A stretch of 64,000 nt of DNA, from the NCBI GenBank assembly GCA_040767085.1, contig JAXGPF010000004.1, forward strand, positions 288,001 to 352,000, given 5' to 3'. Shown here piece after piece: positions 28,785 to 37,830 of the stretch (positions within the stretch are counted from its first letter, which is position 1; each line of letters begins with the position of its first letter). A program made the translations under genes and the position numbers. Below the pieces are notes generated by a model. It ran no database searches and was not told where the DNA came from. It worked only from the letters and a program-made list of their open reading frames with translations. This DNA is from Kiritimatiellia bacterium (lineage in GTDB: Bacteria > Verrucomicrobiota > Kiritimatiellia > JAAZAB01).

Positions 28785-30038
28785 ATGAGCGCTCCGGATT
28801 ACAAAAAAGCCTACAAAACCATCATGGACGACCATTTCACGCCGCAACTGGAAATCAGTTTCATCCAGGACGGCCAGCGCCAGACGCTTTATTACGAGAA
28901 AGCCGTCTGGCGGATTGACGGCGTGGAAAAAGGACTGCGCTACGGCGAGAACCCCGGCCAGGAAGCCGCGCTCTACCGCCTGGTCAACGGCAACCTCGCC
29001 CTGGGCACAGTCCAGTCCATCCAGCCCGGTCGTTACCTGGCGTCTGACGCCGAACTGCTGCAATCGGGCAAACATCCCGGCAAGACCAATCTGACCGACG
29101 TGGACAGCGCCTTGAATATTCTGCGTTACCTGATGGACGCGCCCTGCGTGGCAATCGTCAAGCACAACAATCCCTGCGGCGTGGCGCGCGCCGGCACCCT
29201 GGCGGAAGCCTATCAGCGCGCCAATGCCGCCGACATGGTAGCCGCCTTCGGGGGCGCGATTGTGGCCAACCGCCCCATGGACCGCGACACGGCCGAGCTG
29301 ATCGCCCAGCAATACGCCGAGGTGGTCGCGGCCCCGGAATTCGGACCGGGCGTCCTGGAAATCTTCGCGCGGAAGAAAAACCTGCGGGTCATGCGCGTAG
29401 CCAACATCGGCCGGCTGGCGGAATATGTTGGCGCGCGCGTGGTGGATTTCCGGGCGTTGATGGACGGCGGCCTCGTGGCGCAATGGTCATTCCAGCCCGT
29501 CACCCGCGCGCCGGCCCAGTTCCTGCCTGCAACGGCCACATATAAGGGCAAGGAATATAAAATCAACCGGCAACCCACGGAGCAGGAAGCCGCCGACCTG
29601 GTATTCGGCTGGCTGATCGAATGCGGCGTCACCAGCAACTCGGTGATCTATGTCAAAAACGGGGTGACCGTCGGCATCGGCACCGGCGAGCAGGACCGCG
29701 TGGGCGTGGCTGAAATTGCCCGGGACAAAGCCTACCGCAAGCTGGCCGACCGGCTGTGCCGCGAAAAATCCGGCATGCCGTACAATAACCTGCAGGATGC
29801 CGGGCAGCGCCGGGAGATTGACGCCGAAACCGCGCGGCAGCGCGGAGGGCTGCCGGGCGCCTGCATGGTGTCAGACGCCTTTTTCCCGTTCCGCGACGGC
29901 GTGGATGTGGGCTTACGCGAAGGCATCACCGCCGTCATCCAGCCCGGCGGCTCGGAGCGTGATTTCGAATCCATCGAGGCCTGCAACGAAGCCAACGCCG
30001 CCATGGTCTTCACCGGTCAGCGTTGTTTCCGACATTAA
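28785..30038 (+). CDS. purH: Stand-alone AICAR transformylase (PurH C-terminal domain)
   Basis: LRYGENP.Q.A, VKHNNPCG, AFGG, SN, SDAFFPF.DG, IQPGGS.RD, FTG.R.FRH. Confidence 0.92.
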   Translation: MSAPDYKKAYKTIMDDHFTPQLEISFIQDGQRQTLYYEKAVWRIDGVEKGLRYGENPGQEAALYRLVNGNLALGTVQSIQPGRYLASDAELLQSGKHPGKTNLTDVDSALNILRYLMDAPCVAIVKHNNPCGVARAGTLAEAYQRANAADMVAAFGGAIVANRPMDRDTAELIAQQYAEVVAAPEFGPGVLEIFARKKNLRVMRVANIGRLAEYVGARVVDFRALMDGGLVAQWSFQPVTRAPAQFLPATATYKGKEYKINRQPTEQEAADLVFGWLIECGVTSNSVIYVKNGVTVGIGTGEQDRVGVAEIARDKAYRKLADRLCREKSGMPYNNLQDAGQRREIDAETARQRGGLPGACMVSDAFFPFRDGVDVGLREGITAVIQPGGSERDFESIEACNEANAAMVFTGQRCFRH

Positions 30039-30088
30039 TTATTGCTTGTCCCGCCCTGGAATTTCTATATTATTTTGATGCCAGCAAT

Positions 30089-30703
30089 ATGAGCATACAC
30101 CAGAAAATCCGGACCGCGCTTTGCGTTTTGATCCCGGGCAGCTTGATCATGCTGCAGGGTTGCTGCTGCTTCGGCGGGCGCAAGTCCGCCGAAACCGTCA
30201 AGTATGAGGCCCACCCCCGGATTTCGCTGACACCGGAATGCCGGCAAATCAAGAAAGTGAGCGTCATGCCCTTCCGCGCCGCTACGGCAATTGCCGGCGA
30301 ATCCGTCGCCGACATGTTCGTCACGGAAATCATCAAGGAACAGATTTACGAAGTGGTTGAGCGCAGTCAGATTGACAAGGTGCTCAGCGAAAGCGAGGTG
30401 GCGCTGGCGGGCCTCACCAGTTCCAAGGCCGCGGAAATGGGCTCGATGCTGGGCGCGGACGCCGTGATCATCGGCACGGTGGATGAATACAGCATGATGC
30501 CGTCCAAGGACATGCATTTCGCCGTCGTCGGGATCAATGCCCGGATGATTGACTGTAAATCCGGCAAGATTTTATGGAGCATTGACCTGGCCCAGCGCGC
30601 GGGCTCCACGTCCGTCACCGTGCCGGAGCATGCCCGCGCGGTCGTGCGGGCCATGATCGAGGCGCTCCGCGCGGAATTGGCCAAAACCATGGGCGCATAT
30701 TGA
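30089..30703 (+). CDS. CsgG/TolB_N-like lipoprotein
   Basis: Lipobox LQGC; V.VMPF...YEVVERSQIDKVL.E...G.MLGADAVIIGTV...ARMIDCKSGKILW. Confidence 0.8.
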   Translation: MSIHQKIRTALCVLIPGSLIMLQGCCCFGGRKSAETVKYEAHPRISLTPECRQIKKVSVMPFRAATAIAGESVADMFVTEIIKEQIYEVVERSQIDKVLSESEVALAGLTSSKAAEMGSMLGADAVIIGTVDEYSMMPSKDMHFAVVGINARMIDCKSGKILWSIDLAQRAGSTSVTVPEHARAVVRAMIEALRAELAKTMGAY

Positions 30704-31854
30704 AAAACCGGCTCGCCAGCACGACATGGTCTGCTGTCCGCCTGACGCTATGGCCGCTGGTCCCGCTGCTGGCGGTAATGGCCGCCGGCTGCGCCACCGC
30801 GCCGCCGCTGCCCGCCGCCAAGCCCGCCGCGGAACCGCTCCGCACTACGCCGCCGCCCCGGGTCATCGTCCTGCTGAATGAAAAGGACGCCGGCGGCGCG
30901 GCCGCCGCGGAAGCGGAGTCGGCCGCCGTCAATTACCTGGTCGCCCATAACATCCCCGTGGTGGACCGGGCGGTCGTGCAGTCCAACCAGGAGAAAATCC
31001 AGGCGCTGCTGGCGCTGGCGGGCGACGACCAGGGCGCCGCCGCCATCGGCATGCAGTTCGGCGCCGATGTCATTCTCCGCGGCGAGGCGGAAGCCCGGCA
31101 GACCGCGGCCGGCATCCGCGGGAGCAAGTTGAACAGTTACCAGGGCAAGCTGGATCTCCGGGCGATTGACGCGGATGACGGGCAGATTCTTGCCGCCGCC
31201 GCCGCCGCCGTGCCGGCAATCGCCATGGACGCGGTCAATGGCTCCGCCCAGGCCTTGCAGTCCGCCGCCGCGCGCGCCCTGCCCGAGTTGCTGCCGAAAC
31301 TGCTCGCGGCCTGGGACACCAAGGCTGAAAACAAGGTCCGGCATCCGGGCCGGACCGGCATGTCGCTCTCCGCGGCATTGCGCCCGGCCGATGCCGATTC
31401 CGCCGCGGTGGAACTGCCCAAGCCGCCCCGCGGGCGCAAAACGCCGGTGGCAGCCATCTGGCGGCTGACCGCCCAGACGGGCGCGCAGCCGGAATGGATG
31501 GAGCCGCTGACGGAAACGCTGTACGCGGTGCTGTCGCAAAGCGGCTGGTTCCGCCTGGTCACCCGGGAGGACATGGAAAAAATCATGGCCGAGCATAACA
31601 TCCAGCTCAGCGACATCTGCGACACCACCGAACGGGCGATCGAATTAGGCAAAATCCTGAGCGCGCAGAAAATGCTGATCGGGACCGTCAGCAAACTGGG
31701 CGGCACCTACCAGGCGGTGGTCAAACTGGTGGACGTCGAAACCGGCGAAATTGAAAGCGTCGGCCAGGCGGATGCCAAGGGCACGATGGATGTCCTCTTT
31801 CAACTGGTGCGCCAGGCCAGCGCCGATCTTCTGGAACACGCGGGGCAGCGGTAA
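30700..31854 (+). CDS. Lipoprotein with two CsgG/FlgT-middle-like domains
   Basis: Lipobox AAGC; first domain GADVILRGEA...LRAIDADDGQIL; second domain FRLVTREDMEKIM.E...GKILSAQKMLIGTV...KLVDVETGEI. Confidence 0.72.
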   Translation: MKNRLASTTWSAVRLTLWPLVPLLAVMAAGCATAPPLPAAKPAAEPLRTTPPPRVIVLLNEKDAGGAAAAEAESAAVNYLVAHNIPVVDRAVVQSNQEKIQALLALAGDDQGAAAIGMQFGADVILRGEAEARQTAAGIRGSKLNSYQGKLDLRAIDADDGQILAAAAAAVPAIAMDAVNGSAQALQSAAARALPELLPKLLAAWDTKAENKVRHPGRTGMSLSAALRPADADSAAVELPKPPRGRKTPVAAIWRLTAQTGAQPEWMEPLTETLYAVLSQSGWFRLVTREDMEKIMAEHNIQLSDICDTTERAIELGKILSAQKMLIGTVSKLGGTYQAVVKLVDVETGEIESVGQADAKGTMDVLFQLVRQASADLLEHAGQR

Positions 31855-31971
31855 GAATTTTGCTTGCGTTGGCGGCCGGCGGCGTTAAACTGTAAACATC
31901 TTAAGGATGCCCATTTGCCAGCACAACGGTTTGGACGATCGCAATTCAACCCCGAGGACAGGAGAACGGTC

Positions 31972-33063
31972 ATGCAAAAGTCAGCGCGGGCGGTGTTGTG
32001 GGCGGCGGTATTGGCGGCCGCGGGCGCCTGGGCCCAGGACAAGGAGCAGGTAACGGTCATCCGGCAGGGCGCCGGCGGCGAAGTGCAGATCATTTCCAAG
32101 GAACAAACTGCGCCGGCGGAAACGGCCCCCACGGACGCCGCGCGCGAAGCGGCGCGGGCCGTGGCCGCCGACGACACGCCGCGCAAGGCGCGCGTGATGG
32201 TGATCCCGGCGATTTTCGCCCAGGAGCAACGCCGGCGTGTGGACCGCGAGTTTTTCGAGCGGTTCAACATCACCGATCCGGGTGTAATTGAAAACCCGGG
32301 GTACACCAGTTACCTGATTGACGCGCTGGTGAATGTCCGCAAATTCGACATGCTGGAGCGCGAGGAACTGCGGCAGGTGGTCAAGGAACTGGATTTCGGG
32401 GAAAGCGACTACGTGGATGTGGAAAAAGTCGTTAAAATCGGCAACATGGTCGGCGCGGACTACATGATCATCCCCACCATCCGCTACCTGGAAGTTGACC
32501 GCGAAACCAAAAACGTGCCGTATGTCGGCGGCCAGCAAATCGCCATCCGCTGCAAATTCGCCACCAACGTGCGCACGGTGGACGTGGCCTCCGGCAAGAT
32601 CATCGCCTCCGGCGTGCGCGAAGTGGAAAAGAAGAAACGCCAGCGGGCCCAGGACTCCCAGCGCATCCTCGTCATGGACACCGTGAGCGAGTGCTACAAG
32701 GAATCCGCCATGCTGGATGCCGCCAAGATCGTGGATGTGGCCTACCCCATCCGCATCATGAGCATTGACGGCAAGACGGTCATGCTCAACCGGGGCCAGG
32801 GCGCGATCCTGCCGGGCGAAGTCCTGAAAGTTTATGCCGCCGGCGAAGTCATGATCGACCCTGACACCAAGGACAACCTGGGCTACCATGAAACTTACCT
32901 GGGCTCGGTCAAGGTCACCGAAGTTGACTTGAAAACCAGCAAGGGCACAATTATTGACCAGCCCGGAACAATCGAGCGGTTGGCTATTTGCCGGCGCACC
33001 GAACAGCCTACACTGGCTGACCCGCGCCTGCAGCCGCCGACGGCGGCGCCCAAAATCGACTGA
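31972..33063 (+). CDS. Secreted CsgG/HfaB protein with FlgT-like C-terminal domain
   Basis: Signal peptide; LIDALVNVRKFDMLEREEL..VVKE, GADYMI, RTVDVASGKI; VMLNRG...MIDPDTKDNLG; AGGAG RBS. Confidence 0.8.
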   Translation: MQKSARAVLWAAVLAAAGAWAQDKEQVTVIRQGAGGEVQIISKEQTAPAETAPTDAAREAARAVAADDTPRKARVMVIPAIFAQEQRRRVDREFFERFNITDPGVIENPGYTSYLIDALVNVRKFDMLEREELRQVVKELDFGESDYVDVEKVVKIGNMVGADYMIIPTIRYLEVDRETKNVPYVGGQQIAIRCKFATNVRTVDVASGKIIASGVREVEKKKRQRAQDSQRILVMDTVSECYKESAMLDAAKIVDVAYPIRIMSIDGKTVMLNRGQGAILPGEVLKVYAAGEVMIDPDTKDNLGYHETYLGSVKVTEVDLKTSKGTIIDQPGTIERLAICRRTEQPTLADPRLQPPTAAPKID

Positions 33064-33199
33064 GCCGGCAACCGGAGACTTGCGCCGGGCCCGGCCGCGC
33101 GGCGCCGCCTGTGCCCCGGCCGGCAAACATGCCTGGAACTGGAACCGGCTTAATGGCCGGGCCTTGGACCGGGCGGCCATCTGAAGGAAGGATGTTAAG

Positions 33200-33631
33200 A
33201 TGACGGCAAAATTATTGGGCATGATGGCGCTGGCATTCGCGCTGGCCGGGCTGGCCGGCGGCTGCCGCAACCCGGTGACCTCCGCCGGCGCCACGATGGA
33301 GAGCTACGCCGGCAACCAGGTCAAGGTCAACTCGCGGGTTTTCGGCAAGCATTTCCGCGTGGCCAACGTGGCGACAGCCAGGGGCCAGAACCAGTTGCTG
33401 AAGACCACCGTCACGCTGGAAAACCTCCAGCAATTTTCCATGGCTTTCGAATACCGGTTCCGCTGGGTGGACGCCGAAGGCATTGAAATCGCCACCGGCA
33501 CAACGCTTTGGATTTCCAAGATCGCCGCGGCGCGCGAAATGGTGCTGATGACCGCCATCGCGCCCACGAAACTGGCGGAGGATTTTATTCTGGACGCCCG
33601 TTTTGTTTATCCCAGCACGCGCTGGAAATGA
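33200..33631 (+). CDS. YcfL/DUF1425-like lipoprotein
   Basis: Lipobox AGGC; L.N......FEYRFRW.D.EG.EI......W............AIAP motif. Confidence 0.8.
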   Translation: MTAKLLGMMALAFALAGLAGGCRNPVTSAGATMESYAGNQVKVNSRVFGKHFRVANVATARGQNQLLKTTVTLENLQQFSMAFEYRFRWVDAEGIEIATGTTLWISKIAAAREMVLMTAIAPTKLAEDFILDARFVYPSTRWK

Positions 33632-33677
33632 TACGGTCGCCGAGTATACGGCATTCAAGCGACAAGGAGCAATCAGC

Positions 33678-34310
33678 ATGCGGAAATCTATGTATTGGAC
33701 GCGGGCGGCGGGCGGCCTGGCCGCGCTGGCGCTGTTAGCCGGCTGCCGGTCGGTGGACATACCCCGGACCGGTTACGTCTCGCCCGAGGAAGAAGGCGTC
33801 ATGACCATCGCCCTGGATGACCACGATTACGACCTGGCCGCCGAAGGCATCGCCCGCGAGATGTTCATGCGCGGACTGCCGAAAGATTATGTCGTCGTCC
33901 TGGGCCCGGTGGATACCCGCGAATGCCCCTATGACGTGCGGGTGATCCAACTGCAGAAATCGCTGCAAGTGATTTTTAACCGCGAAGGGACGTTAAAATT
34001 CCTGACAGCGGCGGACGCCATGGCCGGCGGCACGGCGGTGGATGAAATCTACAAGATCATTCAATACAACTGGCTGAACAGCAACCCCATGGACCTGGAG
34101 GATTTGCAAACCTTCGGTCAACTGGCCCGCATCAACGGTATTCTGTTCGGGCGCGTCTCATCCCTGGAACGCAACCTGCCGGGGGGCGGCCGAGAAATCA
34201 GCTACCGCTTTGTCTGGGAACTCACCAATACCAAAACCGGCGTGCTGGACATCTCCCATGAACAGCGCATCCGCAAAAACATATCACGGGACATGCTGCT
34301 GAGGCAATGA
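33678..34310 (+). CDS. LpoB/YcfM-like lipoprotein
   Basis: Lipobox LAGC; Y.SP.....T..LD.HD...A; ILFGRVSS...Y.F..EL.N.KTG....S; follows the ycfL-like gene as in ycfL-lpoB loci. Confidence 0.7.
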   Translation: MRKSMYWTRAAGGLAALALLAGCRSVDIPRTGYVSPEEEGVMTIALDDHDYDLAAEGIAREMFMRGLPKDYVVVLGPVDTRECPYDVRVIQLQKSLQVIFNREGTLKFLTAADAMAGGTAVDEIYKIIQYNWLNSNPMDLEDLQTFGQLARINGILFGRVSSLERNLPGGGREISYRFVWELTNTKTGVLDISHEQRIRKNISRDMLLRQ

Positions 34311-34727
34311 TGCTTAAACGGTTTTTATTTTCCGCGGCTTTGTCGCTCGGCGCGGCGCTGGCCGGACTCACCGGCTGCCGCTCGCATTCCGGACCGCCGC
34401 CCGCCCCGCCGCCGGCCTGGACGCTTTCCCCTAAACCGGCTGACAGCGTTTACTGCTATTTTGTCGGGACTTCGACCGGCCAGTCCGCGCCCGCCGCGGC
34501 GCGCGAGGCCGCTTACCAGGACGCCTTGCGCCAGATATCCCGGCACATCGTCAGCGAGGCCGGCCTGGGTCTGGCCGCCTTGCCGCCGGGCGGCATCCTC
34601 CTGCCGCTGGAGGGAGCGGAGATCATGCCGGGCTGCTTCTATCAAAGGCGCTTACCGGGGGTATGTGCAGGTGAGTTTCCCGATCGCCGGGAAGCGCAAA
34701 GTTATCGAACGGCTGCGCCAGCCGTAA
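34307..34727 (+). pseudogene. LPP20-like lipoprotein, probably frameshifted at ~34643
   Basis: Lipobox LTGC; P.W...P..D..Y.YFVG.......AR..A...A...I (LPP20-like). The +1 frame tail KGAYRGYVQVSFP aligns with NGGTRCWLQVSLP of paralog 37831. Confidence 0.65.
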
Positions 34728-34737
34728 GGGGGTCAAA

Positions 34738-35316
34738 ATGAAATCGGCAGCGAAATGGCTGGTGGTACTGGGTCTGGGCATGGCTTGCCTTGCGGCGGGG
34801 GCGGCCGAGTTAGGCCGGTCGCAGCCGGTAGCCGTGGTCAATGACCGGCCCGGCGGCAGCGGCAAAGCGGCCGGGCTGCAACTGGCGCTTTTCGCGCCGA
34901 TCCAGGTGTTCCCGGAAAACTACAACATTTACGGGCTGCGCCTCAACCTGATTTACGGGATTAACCAGGACCTGCGCGGCCTGGACTTGGGTATGTTCAA
35001 TGTCGGGCGTGGTTTGATGGAAGGGCTGCAGGTCGGATTAGCCAATCGGACGGCGGAATTGTCCGGGATGCAGCTTGGCCTGCTGAACTTCACCGGCGCC
35101 TCCGAGGGCGGATTTCAACTGGGACTGATGAATTACGCGCATGAATTCGCCGGACTGCAGTTGGGACCGATCAATTTCGCCAAGGACGTCAATGGCGCAC
35201 AAATCGGCGTCATCAACATCTGCGAAACCACCGCCGGCGCCCAGATTGGCCTGATCAATATCATTTCCCAAAGCGATTGGCTGGTCTTCTGTCCGCTCGT
35301 TAACGCGCAATTCTGA
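34738..35316 (+). CDS. Secreted LA_2272-like repeat protein (GxQxGxxN repeats)
   Basis: Signal peptide; GLRLNLIYG.N....GLDLG followed by six G.Q(V/L/I)G..N repeats; terminal P.VN..F. Confidence 0.78.
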   Translation: MKSAAKWLVVLGLGMACLAAGAAELGRSQPVAVVNDRPGGSGKAAGLQLALFAPIQVFPENYNIYGLRLNLIYGINQDLRGLDLGMFNVGRGLMEGLQVGLANRTAELSGMQLGLLNFTGASEGGFQLGLMNYAHEFAGLQLGPINFAKDVNGAQIGVINICETTAGAQIGLINIISQSDWLVFCPLVNAQF

Positions 35317-37241
35317 TGAAGACTTCCCTGCCATGCCGGTTTCTGCTCTGCGCCCTGGCGCTGGCGGCGCACAACGGCCGCGCGCTGACGCCGGATGAGG
35401 CGGGCGTGCCGAAGCGGCTCCAGCCGACCATCATGGGCACGGTGGACCTCAACGAGGGCGGCACCAGGACCCTCAGCATGTCGCGATATGCCTCCACCTG
35501 GCTGGAGTCCAACGAAAAAGTCAGCGGGACGCTTATCCGTTCCGAAAGGGCCAACTGGAATGTCTTCGGGCCGGGATCCACCGTAAACCCCGGTGAAGAT
35601 ACGGTTACCATTAAAGCCACCAGAGCCGGCCAGGGCTATATCCAGGGGTATCGTTATCTTTATTATATGGATAACGGCGTGGAGCGGAGAAACATCCTCA
35701 TCCAGATCTGGCTGCTGAAGGTGCATCCCCTGACCGATGGATCTTCCAACAATGCTCCGACCGGCTCGCCCGGCGGGGCATGGCCGACTGAGAAGCCGGA
35801 CATCCCCCGGGCCGTCATCAAGGGGCGGGCGGTGATGCGTGGAACGGACACCGGTGTGCCTGGCGCATATATTGAACTGATCGGCGCCAGAACCGGCACG
35901 TTGCGCACCAACTGGGAAACTGGCGCCGACGGCGGATTTAACATTAAGGCGGACAACATGCTGTCCGCGGACCGGTACGAAATTTTTATCCGCAAAGGCT
36001 CCGCCAATGCCGCCCGGGAAGATGCCGTGATGGAGGATTTATGGCCGATCCGCAGGTATTACGTGACCGTGACCCGCGACAACTGCCTGAATCTTAACCT
36101 GGGCCGGATCGAAATGGCGTCCGTCGAGGATTTATGGGGCGCGGACCGGACGGCCGGCGCCGATGCCGCCCGCCCGGAACTTGACATTACCCCCAAGGCC
36201 GGACCCGGCGCCGGCGGCGGCCAGACGACTCCATCCGGGCAGATACCCGGCGGCGGCCAAACGCCCGGATCGGCAACAGCCCCGGGCGCCGGCGGCGGTC
36301 AAGCGCCGGGAACCGGCCCAACCCCGGGCGGCGGCGGGCAACCTCCGGCGCCGCCTCAAACACCGGATGCGCCGGATGCCCCCGGCACACCCCAGCCGCT
36401 GGACGATAGTGTGCCGGTTTTAATCGCCCCCGGCGCGATCGGCGCGGCAGCGGCTGCCCAATCCCTGCAAATTGTATATAAAGGCTATGTTGAAGTAGAT
36501 TTCAACCTTAAGGCCACCATGACCTTAAAACTTGCCGGATCGGCCGTGACCGGCGAGTTATACGCGCCGCCGGTGTCCCAGCCCAATGTGCGGCTGCCGG
36601 GCGCGCGTATGCTGCTGGACGGCACGCTGGCAGGCGGCTGGGAGGATGGCGGCAGGATTACCGGGAGTTGCACCGGCCATATCCTGTGGCCGGACGGCAA
36701 GCAGGAAGAGCGCGCGGGCCAGTTTCAAATCGCAAAGGCCGGCGCGGAAATTCACTTCCGCAGCACGAAGTTTTATTATAACCACTACATTTTCGGCGCA
36801 TTGGGTATAAAATACGCCGGCGGCAATGCCGTAACCAACGCTGCCGGCACAAGCCTTAATTCCGTCTTGATCCTGATTGATGCTTCCGGCAGCATGCAGG
36901 GCGAAAAAATCAACCGGGCCAAGTCCACGGCCTGCCGGCGCATTGCCGAACTGGGGCCGGAGACCGAGTTAGCCGTGATCGCTTTCAGCGGCAATTCCCT
37001 GAAATTCCAGTTTGCGCCCATGGATGACGATGGGCGCGCGCGCGCCCAGGAAGCCGTCAATGGCGTCAGCGCCGGCGGCGGTACGCCCCTGGCCGCCGCT
37101 ATCCGCAGCGCCGGCAGTTATATACGCGGCAACGCCCGGTCGAAAAACAAGACTTTGATCATTCTATCGGACGGCGAAGAAAGCGAAGGCGGCAACCCGC
37201 CGGAGGAAATCCGCAAGCTGAACGATGTGACGGTAAATTAA
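35316..37241 (+). CDS. Secreted modular protein with Gly/Pro linker and C-terminally incomplete VWA domain
   Basis: Signal peptide; Ig/carboxypeptidase-regulatory-like domain (IKGR...GVPGA.IEL...TGADGGF); four GGGQ repeats; MIDAS DASGSM, GGTPL, LSDG; stops about 20 aa after the DG. Confidence 0.8.
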   Translation: MKTSLPCRFLLCALALAAHNGRALTPDEAGVPKRLQPTIMGTVDLNEGGTRTLSMSRYASTWLESNEKVSGTLIRSERANWNVFGPGSTVNPGEDTVTIKATRAGQGYIQGYRYLYYMDNGVERRNILIQIWLLKVHPLTDGSSNNAPTGSPGGAWPTEKPDIPRAVIKGRAVMRGTDTGVPGAYIELIGARTGTLRTNWETGADGGFNIKADNMLSADRYEIFIRKGSANAAREDAVMEDLWPIRRYYVTVTRDNCLNLNLGRIEMASVEDLWGADRTAGADAARPELDITPKAGPGAGGGQTTPSGQIPGGGQTPGSATAPGAGGGQAPGTGPTPGGGGQPPAPPQTPDAPDAPGTPQPLDDSVPVLIAPGAIGAAAAAQSLQIVYKGYVEVDFNLKATMTLKLAGSAVTGELYAPPVSQPNVRLPGARMLLDGTLAGGWEDGGRITGSCTGHILWPDGKQEERAGQFQIAKAGAEIHFRSTKFYYNHYIFGALGIKYAGGNAVTNAAGTSLNSVLILIDASGSMQGEKINRAKSTACRRIAELGPETELAVIAFSGNSLKFQFAPMDDDGRARAQEAVNGVSAGGGTPLAAAIRSAGSYIRGNARSKNKTLIILSDGEESEGGNPPEEIRKLNDVTVN

Positions 37242-37246
37242 CCGTT

Positions 37247-37825
37247 ATGAAAATTTTACGTCCCATGATGATGTGCGCAGCGGCGGCGCTGGTTTGCGCG
37301 CAGGCCGGCGCGCAGGATGCCGCACCCGGACCGGCGAGCCGGGATTTAATCAACATTGTCGCCGTCGGCTATGACATTGAAAACAATCCCAAGGCCCAGC
37401 AAATGCTCCAGGATATGGCGCAGGCCGCCCGCGATGCCGGCGCCGGCGGCACCGTGATCATGGCCGGGCAGGACGAGGCACAACTGGACCAGGCCATGCA
37501 AAAGGCCATGACCATCGCCACCCAGCCGCCGGCGCCGGCATACCGGCTGGAACTCAAGACCGCTTCCGCCGCGCCGGGGGCCAGGATCGTGGTGGTGCAT
37601 TCCGATTTCCCGGCAACGAACCGCGAGGCCTGGATTGCCTTTTATGAAAAGGCCGGCGACCGCGACCAGGACTATCTGTCTTATACCTTTCTGGCCAACC
37701 TGAACGATCGGACATACGATGTCACGGCCCCTGACAAGCCCGGCGCCGAGTATCATTTCCGCCTTTTTTTAACCAAGGAATACGATTGCGCCGCCCGCAG
37801 TGAACCAGTCCATATCGCCGAATAA
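37247..37825 (+). CDS. Secreted protein: VWA C-terminal-like segment plus Ig-like domain
   Basis: Own signal peptide (AQAGA|Q); INIVAVGYDI...AQQMLQDMAQA...GG....A.QDEAQLDQAM; then AWIAFY...YLSY...APDKPG.EY.FRLF beta-sandwich. Confidence 0.7.
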   Translation: MKILRPMMMCAAAALVCAQAGAQDAAPGPASRDLINIVAVGYDIENNPKAQQMLQDMAQAARDAGAGGTVIMAGQDEAQLDQAMQKAMTIATQPPAPAYRLELKTASAAPGARIVVVHSDFPATNREAWIAFYEKAGDRDQDYLSYTFLANLNDRTYDVTAPDKPGAEYHFRLFLTKEYDCAARSEPVHIAE

Positions 37826-37830
37826 TCTGC

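Noticed and set aside
30089-33063. Canonical curli or flagellar operon
   Set aside because: No curlin repeats, CsgE/F or flagellar genes in the window.
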